A DNA stretch of 64,000 bases from Yuukianura sp. NJ FZ-2021. Its lineage: Eukaryota. Made by a program: the position numbers and the translations under genes. Under the pieces are notes generated by a model. The model had not been told where the DNA came from. It saw only the letters and a program-made list of their open reading frames with translations, and ran no database searches. Positions within the stretch are counted from its first letter, which is position 1. The number at the start of each line of letters is the position of its first letter. Below are positions 24,701 to 36,200 of the stretch, in pieces. The stretch is taken from assembly GCA_046563655.1 (NCBI GenBank), contig CM102285.1:2108001-2172000 (forward strand), written 5' to 3'.

Positions 24701-27396
24701 ACTTGGAACAGGAGGAATTAAGCCTTGCGTGGCTGCGTTTGGTGGTGACCAGTTTATACTGCCGCAACAAGCTACGCAACTCGTTACATTTTTCTCCATC
24801 TTCTACATGGCCATCAATTCTGGAAGCTTGTTATCCACCTTCATCACACCGATTTTGCGTTCCGATGTTCAATGCTTTGGAGATGAGTCATGCTATTCTC
24901 TTGCCTTTGGCGTTCCAGCAGCCCTGATGATCGTTGCAACGCGTAAGAACATAACTAAATGAAAAGAATTCAAAATTTGGAAAACAAATTCAAAATTCAA
25001 ACCAAACTGAATTTTGAAATGCACATTCGATTGGTTAAACATTACAATTGAATTTTTATTTTCAACAGTTGTGTTCGTGGCGGGTAAATTTATGTACAGG
25101 GAAATAAAGCCAACTGGCAATGTTGTGTTGAAGCTCTGCAAATGCATTGGAGTAAGAACTCTAATTTAAAAAAAAGAATTGAATAACAAATTTTCGGAAA
25201 AATGGAACTAATTTTTTATTTTTGAATTTTCAGCACGCTATTGGAAACCGAGGCCGTGGAAAGGACCATTGGTTGGACAATGCTGATGACGAGTACGAAC
25301 AACGATTCATCGAAGACGTCAAAATCGTTTTGCGCATTCTCGTTCTTTACATTCCTCTTCCGGTCTTCTGGGCACTTTTTGATCAACAAGTAAATTGGAT
25401 CAAAATAAGCCAAAAATTATAATTATACTTATGTTTATATTGTATTTTTAGGGATCTCGATGGACTCTTCAAGCTACTCGAATGGACGGCGTTGTTTTTG
25501 GCTACACGATCAAACCCGATCAAGTTCAAGTCCTCAACCCAACGCTCATTCTTCTTTTCATTCCGCTCTTCGACAAAGTCATTTACCCGCTGCTCGCAAA
25601 GTGCGGACTTTTGAAAAACCCGCTCCATCGTCTCTTCATGGGAGGAGTTCTTGCTGGTGTTGCTTTCCTCATCTCCGGAGTTCTCGAATTAGGACTTGAG
25701 GTGAGTCACGTTTTATGAAACTAAAGTTTGACCCAGAGTTGATCTCCCGCCCTCGAAATTTGAATTTCGGCTATAAATCTGAAAAATTTCTTGTGTTTTT
25801 CCAGAGCACATATCCGATGGTACTGACTCCAGAGCAATCCAATTTGAACTTCATCAACACCCTTCCATGCCCCATTGCACTCAACTACAACGGCCAAAAG
25901 ATTGAGATTCCGACAAACGGCAGCGGTATTTTTCAAAAAGTTGAAGCCCGTGAATACAGCTTGTACATGCACGATGGAAACAAAGGAACAGATCCGTCAA
26001 TTCAACTGACGGTTGGATGCGAACCTACTTACCCTATCATGTTCAATATTTCCAAACCATTTGCATTCAAAGCATACAAAAGCGCTGCGGAGTTAGCAGA
26101 ACAACATGATACGGATGAAGCAAAACAAGGCGGGGTAACTTGAGTATAAAATTTCCATAGTCGAATAATTTGGTTTAACCTAAAATTTAACTTGTTTTTA
26201 AAATTTAGAGCTTTTCGTACATGGTCACATATTCGGTGGATAACAATATCAAGTTAGCGTATGGATCTCGGTCAGATGATAGACAGAAGCCTGCCGAAGG
26301 AGATCCAAAAGTCAGGTAAATTTAAATTCCGTAATTTTGTATTTCTGATTCGCAGTAAAAAAAAAGTTTTCGAAATCGGAATTTCAAAAGTTGCTTTTTT
26401 AAATTTTAGGTTTCTTGTGGGAGGAGACTACTTTTTCCCGCATGAGGGTTCGAACATTCCGCAGGGGAAATTGTCAATGTACGTCTACGGCGACTTCGCC
26501 TCTGGTGAAGAAAGCAAAGAAGCAGTTTTTGTCAAACCATCAAAATCGGATTATCCGTACTATCCAAACGATGGTTACGCGAGTGAAACTATCACGTTAG
26601 AACCAGTTCCGTAAGTACTTTGGAAAAAATCAAAATTAAAAAAATCTGCACGATTTTCAAAATTATGCATTTTTGGATTCTAGACACAAGAAGTTCCGAT
26701 TGGTCTTTGGACGTTCAGAAGATCAAGCAAACATTTCGTCTGTTACGGTGGATTTCGAACAGGAATTTGATTTCAAATTGGGCGGTAGCTACATCATTGC
26801 AATTGCTCCGAAAGAATACAAAAACAGTACAGTGTCAAATCACCTCGCGAATTTTGATAATCCGGAATCCTACGTTCTTTCCCGCCACACGATTACGCAA
26901 GAAAGTTCTATTCATATGTTGTGGCTTCTACCGCAGTACATTGTACTCACTGCAGCAGAAATTATGTTCTCCATCACCGGTCTAGAATTTTCATACTCTC
27001 AGGTATGCGAAAAACGCGTAATTTTGAAATTTCGTCGAAATTTTTTTCGAAAAATCTCAACGTTCACATTTTGTGTCTAGGCTCCAGTTTCGATGAAATC
27101 TGTGATGCAATCGGCTTGGCTCATGACAGTTGCTTTTGGTAACTTGATTGTCGTCATCATTGCTGAAGCTAAATTTTTTCCACTTCAGGTAATACAACGG
27201 CATACATTCGAGTTAAAATTTAGATTTTTGCTATTCAAAATTTGCAATTTTTATGTATTTCCTTGAACAGTCTCAAGAGTTCTTCTTGTTCGCTGGACTG
27301 ATGTTTGTGGACATGATTGGTTTTGCTGCTTTGGCATACCGCTACGTACCTGCTCAACTAGAAGATCCAACTAAAAGAAGGAATAGCTCAAAATAA
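21795..27396 (+). CDS. SLC15/PepT proton-coupled oligopeptide transporter, copy 1 (alternative first exon at 23932-23961)
   Basis: Contains NEFCERFSYYGM (ExxERFxYY), GTGGIKPCVAAFGGDQF, FFSIFYMAINSGS, FWALFDQQGSRWTLQA, a large extracellular domain and GLEFSYSQAP-SMKSV. Stop at 27394-27396. Confidence 0.92.
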
Positions 27397-27874
27397 AATT
27401 TATCAAAATAACTATACGAATTAATAAACACAAATTTTGGAAACATTTCTTTGATGTCCCTATTTTTTACGTTCATTTTCTGTTTATATACATTTATGAA
27501 AGTTCTCAAAGGAAATTGGTTTTATACACCAATTAAACTGCACAGGGACTTCGCAACAGTTAGAAAATTCATCTAAAAACAAAATTAGCCCAGAATAAAA
27601 ATTTCGTGAGTAAATAGCAGGAAGATAAATCCGAATTTTGATAAGTTTAAACAAAAATTGAGGCGGATCATAAGTTTCCTAGAATTTTCATATTTCAAAA
27701 AGTAGCACAGGAAAACAAATTGGGAATCTTATTCCGTGAACCATTCTTACGTCATCGCTTGTACAAAATAAAGCTGTATATAAATCCAACGCAACTCAGG
27801 TTTTGCAAACTTTATTCAAAACTACACTAATTTCGGTTTTTCCTTCAAAATTTTCTATTCAATGAACTAAAACA

Positions 27875-28329
27875 ATGGCGAAACATTTTGGTTTGATATT
27901 GTGCATTTGCGTTATCGGAGTGTTGTCACTGGTGAATAACGTTGAGGGACAGCGAGGAGGCCGTCCGTTTATCACGGGTCGTAAGCCTGGTGGCAGTGGA
28001 GATCCCCGTTTGCACTTCGACAAATCCAGTAACAGGAAACAAGCTATGGATAAAGCACAGGAAGCTGGAAAAGGTTTTTATTTCAACATTATGAATACTT
28101 TTTGTTCTAAATCGTACATTGTCATTTAAATGACAGAATATCAACGCATTAGCATCTATGCTTTAATACATTTCAAATACAATAATTATATTCATATTAT
28201 TATTTCGTATTAGGTAATCCTCCAGTTCATCACCAACCTCACAAACCCGGTCAACAGCCGCACTTCCATCCGACAAATCGTGACGGCAGCATTCGTAAAG
28301 ACGGTTCTCATTACAGTTACCCCGGTTAA
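27875..28329 (+). CDS. Small secreted His-rich protein (104 aa, 2 exons), putative HNH-fold toxin-like nuclease
   Basis: Exons 27875-28073 and 28214-28329 join in phase 1. A signal peptide ends at VEG. TATA (tatataaat) at ~27777 and AATAAA at ~28442. C-terminus SNRKQAMDKAQEAGKGNPPVHHQPHKPGQQPHFHPTNRDGSIRKDGSHYSYPG. The gene model is solid; the product call is inference. Confidence 0.75.
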
Positions 28330-29481
28330 ATCAAAATTGACCACTTCTGTGCAAATTTTACTTTAAAATTTCAATTTTTCAATCAATAACTTTAAATTGG
28401 TTTAAGTTTAAGAAACTTATTATTGGTAGCAAAACACGGCAAATAAAGATTGCGCAGAAGCATTGAGCAGAACGAAAACAATTTCAGAGTTGGGAAAGAA
28501 AACTAGGTTCTGTCAAAAATGTTGAATTTCTTGAAGCTTATGGTTAATTTTCAAGGCCAACTTTTCAATTAGTAGAATCTAAAATTCAACTGTTTGATGA
28601 GCTAGAGTTATGCTCAAAATTTTGAGCTGAAGTAAATTCCAAACTTGTTTGGAAATTCACTTCGATAACTTTTCCATTGTGTTATGTGTAGTAAGGTGAC
28701 CTTTGACTTTTTGATGATTACGTCGGACGTAAAACTTTTAGTAATTCGAAACCACAACCATTGGAAAACCGCGGGCTGATATAAAAATTAAACACAAATA
28801 GTGAAAGTGATATCTCGCCTTGTTTGTCTGAATTTGCAATTTGAACATCATTTGAAAAAAAGTCTCCGACCGTCAGTTGTACAAATATATAAAATTTTGG
28901 TTTTAAAATTTATCACTCGCGTGGCTTTTTTTTTTGCGGAAGTTTACTATACACAAGAACGTTTCTTCTTTTGATAAATTTGTTGTGTTGTGTATTTTGT
29001 TATTTGTGATAAACAATGTATATAGGATTAGGGACACGTACCTAAAATTTAATATGTGTAAATTCTGTCTTTGAAAAGCTTTTCTTGTTTAGTCTCATAT
29101 GGAATCATAACTAAGAATAATTAGCTTTAATTAAAGTTTTAGTTAATTAAAAAGTTACGACACTGTATCTGAAGTGTGCGCGGTGTAATAGGCGTGAATG
29201 ACATCATTTGTGTAATTTTTGTTGACCGGATTTCATCAAAACAGAATACGTCCATGACTACTTTTATCCGATCGTCCGGCATTGATAACTTTCTCAATTG
29301 CTCTATTGATGATAATTTTAACAATGGAATCTCTCAAGTTATGTATCAAGGTTAGTCAGTATTGCTAGCGTAATTCCTACTGTGACCTCCATTGGACGCT
29401 CCTTCGCTAGGTCACTAGCATTTCACATCGCTGAATAGCAACAGTTCGGTTTCAGCTTCCATCCAAACTTATATTTCGGAA

Positions 29482-32400
29482 ATGGAGGACTCGGACAAGA
29501 GAAACGGTAAGCCGAATACACAAAATTAGCTAAACTGTTTTAGATATTGATTACAATTTGCAAATTGAGAGAGACATTTTTTAAATGAAATCGTCGAAGT
29601 TTTGAAAATTTGAGAAATTAATATTTTTAGACTCTGCAGTGGTAGAAGTGAGGCCAAAGGATGTGGAATCTAAGCTGCAGGTAACACAGAAATTAGGAAT
29701 TAATTTATCGGAATTTTAATTTTGTAGTATTGTTTAAAATTTAAAATTTGTTTTTCAAAACAGAAATTACCATATCCAAAATCCGTCTTTCTCATTATCA
29801 CCAATGAGTTCTGCGAACGATTTTCGTTCTATGGAATGCGAACTGTTTTGGTTCTGTACCTCACCACAGTGCTAATGTTCTCAGAAGATGATGCAACAAT
29901 TATCTACCACGGGTTTCTTATGCTCTCTTACTTCACGCCACTTATGGGAGCCATGTTGGCGGATTCCATTCTTGGAAAATTCAAGTAACTTTTTATTTTT
30001 TGGAAATTTCAGACCAGAAATTTCGGTTTAATTTCAATACGTCTCTTTTTAACTCACTTTCAGAACAATTCTTTACTTATCAATTGTGTACGCAATTGGA
30101 AATATTGTTCTGGCTATGGCTGCCACTCCACCGCTCAACTTTCCAGCAGTGTAAGTTTTCAAAAAAAGTACACCCAAAAAATGGGTTTGTATTTATGTTC
30201 AGCATAAATTCTTTGCAGTGAAATCAGTATGCTTGGACTTGTATTGATTGCTTTTGGAACTGGAGGCATCAAACCTTGCGTGGCAGCATTTGGCGGAGAT
30301 CAATTTATTTTGCCACAACAAGCAGAACAACTCGTTTCGTTTTTTTCACTGTTTTATTTGTCAATCAACCTTGGTGGTTTAATGTCAACATTTATAACAC
30401 CAATTATCCGATCCGAAGTTCAGTGTTTCGGTGGGGACGAATGTTACTCACTTGCATTTGCAGTTCCAGCGGCACTCATGTTGGTATCAATTGGTATATG
30501 CTACAAGCAATTTCATTTTTATATAAAAAAAACTATGTTACAGTACATACAATGAACAATTAAAATCAAAGCTCTTCAATATAATGTTTTTTTTTTTTTG
30601 CAAATTACAGTTGTGTTCGTTGCTGGCAAGTTTTTATACCGAGAAGTAAAACCGCAAGGAAACATTGTTGTGAAAATGTTCAAGTGCATTGGGGTAAGAA
30701 TTGCAAGTTGAACTGTATTTGCATATATTCTGAAATTCAAAACAAAGTTTAAACAATTTTCAAAAAAAAAAAAAATAGCATGCCATTGGAAATAAAGGAC
30801 AGGGAAAAGACCATTGGTTGGATAATGCTGATGACAAGTACGAACAGCGGTTCATTGACGACGTCAAAATCGTTCTGCGCGTGCTCGTTCTCTACATTCC
30901 ACTTCCATTCTTCTGGGCTTTGTACGACCAGCAAGTACGGCTAGCTGCTTAGTTATTAACTTATTACAAAACCTAGTTGTATGTAAAACTGCTGCTTTAT
31001 CTTTACACCCACACCTCTATAACAGTGTTTCTGATGTTATTTTTGTTGCTTGTAGTCATCGAGATGGACGCTTCAAGCAACTCGAATGGATGGAGTAGTA
31101 TGGGGCTACACGATTCAGCCTGATCAGTTCCAAGTCGTCAACGGACTTTTGATTATCCTATTTATCCCGCTTTTTGATAGAGTGATTTACCCGATTCTTG
31201 GAAAATGCGGGCTTTTGAAGAAATCGACACACCGTCTCTTCATGGGTGGAATTCTGGCGGGAGTTTCCTTCCTTGTTTCGGGTGGAGTCGAGCTTCTTCT
31301 CGAGGTTAATTTTGCATTATGGGCATTATTATGCGTTCTAAGCTTTTGTGTTTTTATATTTTCAGCGAACATATCCTCTCGTGCTAGCGACGCATCAAGC
31401 CAATTTGAACTTTGTGAACACACTGCCGTGCGACATTACTTTGCGACTGGGCAACCTTGAATCTCGAATAGCCCCATTTGCAAGTCACGTTTTTGAATCT
31501 GTGGAAGCAGGAGAGTACCACTTGTACAAAGACAACGCAGAAGGTGGTGCGGGCACTGGAATTCATTTGCAGATAAATGAAACGTGTAAGCAACCTGGAT
31601 TACCACTGACACTCAACGTTCCTATTAGTTTCAAAGCGGATAAAAGCGACGCAGAAAAGGCAGAACAAGCTAACACAGATGAAGGGAAACAAGGCGGGGT
31701 AAAAACAAACAGAATTTGATGTGGCATGTCAAATTTCAGAATGCAATTTTTAAAATTTTGCACACTTTGTATATTAGGGTTTTACGTACGCGATAACATT
31801 CAATGTTAACAACAACATCACGTTAGGCTATGGGCATAAGTCAGATGACAGACAAAAACCTGCTAACGGAAATCCAAAAATAAGGTAAAACTTATTAAAA
31901 CTTAGTTATCTGACAACTAGCCAAGGTTTTCATGGGTGTACAACAATTTTAAATTTTGGTTCAAAAGATTTTTGGTTGCGGGTGATTACTTTTTACCTCC
32001 ATCAGAAGATGAAGCAGAAGATCATAAAATTCCGCAGGGAAAATTGTCAGTGTTTGTAAAAGGGGAAGGTGACGACGACGCAGAAGATCAGGAAGCAGTG
32101 ATAAACAAGGATCATGTTGATGGCTACGCCAATGTTGGATACTCTTCTGACACCATTACAGTAAAGCCAGTCAAGTACGCATGCGCGTTCAGAAAAACTT
32201 AAATCTTTAAAGATTTCAATAAGCTTTCTTTATTTTTTAAAATTGCTTCTAATTTTTAGGCACAAAATATTCAAGCTCGTGTATGGGCGTTCCAATGAAA
32301 ATCCTGAACTTGGATCAGTTGTTGTCGATTTTGAGCAAGAGTTTGACTTTAAATTGGGGGCTAGTTATGTTATTTCAATTTCCAAAAATGGAAGTTATCC

Positions 32401-32962
32401 TGCAACAGTTTCGAGTCCACTTGAAGGATTTGATGAAGCCGAAAGTTATGGATTGGCTCTACATACAATTACTACAGAAAGTTCAATGCACATGCTGTGG
32501 TTACTGCCACAATACATCATCATCACTGCTGGAGAAATTATGTTCTCAATTACTGGCCTTGAATTTTCGTACTCCCAGGTACGCCAATTTGGCAAGAAAT
32601 TGATGCAAGAGATTGAAAAGTACATGTTTTTAAAATTTTGAATTCTAGTCCCCGGTTTCAATGAAGTCTGTGATGCAGTCTGCTTGGCTTATGACAGTCG
32701 CATTTGGAAACCTGATAGTTGTTATCATCGCTGAACTCAAATTTTTTGACCGACAGGTTTGGGAAAACTATATTTACTTCATATTTTTAGCAAGGTATTC
32801 AACCTCAAAGTATTCAACTTGAATTTTGATTTGCTCTAGTCCATGGAATTCTTTCTATTTGCCATTCTAATGTTCGTGGATATGGTTGCGTTTGCTATTA
32901 TGGCGTACTTCTATGTTCCAGCGCAGTTGGAAGATCCATCCAAGAAGAAAAATAACGACTAA
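29482..32962 (+). CDS. SLC15/PepT oligopeptide transporter, copy 2
   Basis: NEFCERFSFYGM, GTGGIKPC and the same exon structure as copy 1. Stop TAA 32960-32962. Confidence 0.9.
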
Positions 32963-33246
32963 AACAAATAATTCCTATACAAGCTATGGCCCCGAGCAAA
33001 GCTCGGGGCACATAGCTTGAGTATTGCGAGTGTACCCGGATTGACGAACCAACCGCTCAAATAATGATACCAGAAGCGATAGCTTTACAACAAAATCATG
33101 GTTGAGCGCACTTGGGATCTGCCCCCAAGGCCCTGCCCATGCCCAATGTTTGGTCCGTAGACCGAGGCTAGGAGTTAGTCCCTCATTTTCTCACTTTGGA
33201 GTCATTTCTGAAAGTTGTGTTTATTTTTCTTTGCGTTTAATGGGCT

Positions 33247-36200
33247 TTACGCAAAAATTTCTTTGTAAACACAGTTTAGTGTGAACCATTTATTCACTCC
33301 AGGCACCAATTTTCCTTGATTTTCACGGGTAATCATTTTCACCCGTACATTTTCTTGTTTGGTGCACCTAGAGAATGCTACGTATAATTGACCGTGGCTG
33401 AACACTGGAAATGGCAAGTAAATACCAACAGAATCCAGTGACTGTCCCTGGGCTTTGTTAATGCTCATAACGAAAGCCAAGGCCACTGGAAACTGGCGTC
33501 TCCGAATTTCAACCGAAAAGTCACTTTCGGAGGAAACCAAGTCAATTCTGGGTAGAAGGACTTGTTGTCCTTCGTGCCTTCCTTGTAGGATTTCAGCACA
33601 AATGACATTTGGCTTTAGTGACTTTATAATAAGTCGTGTGCCGTTACATAGGCCACGTCTTTTGTTCAAATTACGCAAAAGCATAATTATTGCTCCAACT
33701 TTGAGCTTTAGGTGGTGAAGTGGAAACCCAGATGGTGTCAGGGTGTTAATAAATTCGACAGGATAGTCCTCAGTCGAACCCTCTCCGTCGTCATCGACAG
33801 AATCGGTGCTGAAGTAAGCGACTTCTTGTCCTTCGCTGCGGTATAATATTTGTTCATTTAGTTCATGAACATGTTCGTTCTTTGGTGTTAATATAGCTTT
33901 TTTAGCCAAAGCTTTTACATTTTCTTCATCCAGCGAAATTTTTTCGCCGAAAATGGAGGATATTAGATCATTTTCTTCAATACAATCTGCCGGGAGTTCA
34001 ATTATATCGTCCCCCAAATTGTATTCCGTGGACAAATTGCCATCCCCGAGATCAAGTAGCCATTTATTGTACTCAATTTCTGCGGGTCCAGTACGCATAT
34101 TTTCTGAAAGATTAAGAGGTTTGAAATACCTCCAAACTTTGCTTCTTTTAAGCGAAGCTTGAACAATCTGTGCACGCTTACCATGCTTCACAATTGGGAG
34201 AGTTTGTCTGAAATCCCCTCCAATTAGGAACAACTTATTCCCGAAGGGTTTATTTACTCCCATTATTTCTCGGAATAAACGGTCAACAGCGTCCATGTTA
34301 TAGCATGGGGTCATTGTGACTTCGTCCCAAATAATAATAGAAGCTTCACGTAGAAGCTTTGCCTCTTTTGATGTTGGCTTAATTTTTGACGTTGTCGTCT
34401 CATTTGTATGAATGCCTAGTCCAAATCTAGAGTGGTACGTTGTACCAGCTTCTAGAAGTGTGGCTGCTAAGCCAGTAGATGCTACTAAGCAAGTTTTTAA
34501 GCCTCTACCTTGAAAGGTTTTATCAAGGGTATTATAGAGGAAGGTTTTACCACTTCCTCCAGGGCCATCAATAAAAAAGCATTTGCTGTAAGTGTCAGCA
34601 TTCTCTGCGAATAAAATCGCATCATAAGCTTCCTTCTGGGCAGCATTCAACATTTCAGTCAAACGCTCTGCTTCAGAAGCAAGAGCTTGAATGTCAATAC
34701 CTCCCAAGAGATCTTCCAAGTCATCTCTAGGCATGGGCAGGTTATATTCATCGCAAGATTTGCGATGCAGATTTAAAGTTTCTTCTAAATCTCGCAAGCC
34801 CAGTTGCTCTGCCAGTTCAGGAGAATGTTCTTTCAAATGATCTTCCAGGAAATCGTCTTTGTAAGTTTCCCAGAGTGCCTTAGGATCCGTGGGTGGTCCA
34901 AAAACGCAAATCATTGCAAATAAATCCCGTAATTGGTATGGCATTTGGTAAGTTATAGCATCCAAAATGCATCTCTCCCATTGGGAATCATCAGAAAGAA
35001 GTTGCAAAGCGATAGCAGCTTCTTTGAATGTGTCATAGACAGTTCCGTTTACCGTTCGAACGTCTTTGAACGATTGTGCTCCTTTTACATGTAAGAGGAG
35101 CAGCCTCAAGTAAAACAATTCGCCTTGAGACACAGAAACAGTGTACATTCTAGAAATGGTTTTCCCAGAGGCTTTTTTCCTCGGGTTCCATTTATGCCAT
35201 TTTCGGTCCCATATATAATACTCAGGAATTTCCGAATAGAGAAATCGATGGGCATTGGTATCAGCCCTGTTTAATTCAAAGTAGGCTTGAAGCATCGAAC
35301 TGCTCAGATTCGCTTCTTCAAAAGCCCCCTCTTCATCCCCCTCTTCAAAATATACCTGTTGCATATTTTCGAGATGAACTGGGAGTCTTTTAATTACATG
35401 GGATGTGTCATCCATTCTATATTTTCTGATACGCCATACTCCTTCTGGAGCGCTAATGTATCTAGAATCCACAAACTGTGCAGGTTCGTCCCATGTTAAA
35501 GTATCGAGGCGTACGTTTGCACAATCATGGCCTTTGTATATGTACTTGTACAAATATTTTACGCTTTTAATTGAAGCGCAAACTTCCACGTTAATATGAC
35601 TGTTATATTTTAGTAACAGAAATGGATTGTAAGGAACAACCCATGAATTGTCAATCATGTGACTTCCAAGTTTATATTGTACACCAGTATCACGTCTTCG
35701 GTACTGGGGATAACCGTCTTGGTTAGGGTTTGTTTCGTTTACAAACGTCTTTGGAAATTTCTTAGAGCATTCTCCGTTGCTCATGCAAATAGAGGATGGA
35801 TTCATTTGCCCGCAAGGTCCATGAATCATATTCTGCATAACTATAGCATGAAGCCGTGGATGAGTCTCAGGATTTGGTATTTCTGACCTCACCACTCTGT
35901 CAATTGAGTCAGGCTCTTTAAGTTTATTTTCCTCATCCAAAATTAAAAGCATATGGCAGTGAGGAAGGCCACGTTTTTGGAACTCAATTACATAAACGTA
36001 TGCAATAACTTTGCCAAAAATATTCTTTTTTAGAATATCATTCAAAAGTTCTTTGAGTTTCAGTTTAAAAACTCGGGCAACTAAATCAGGGCGAAATTCA
36101 GCCCTTTGCCAAGGTTCTAGATTTTCTGTAATTTCTCGCCATTTTGGATTACATGTCATCGTGACAAATAGATCAGGCTTTCCATATTTCCGAACAATTG

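Noticed and set aside
27722-27731. Possible NF-kB site (gggaatctta) upstream of the secreted His-rich gene
   Set aside because: It lacks the terminal CC of the kB consensus and is too weak to call.
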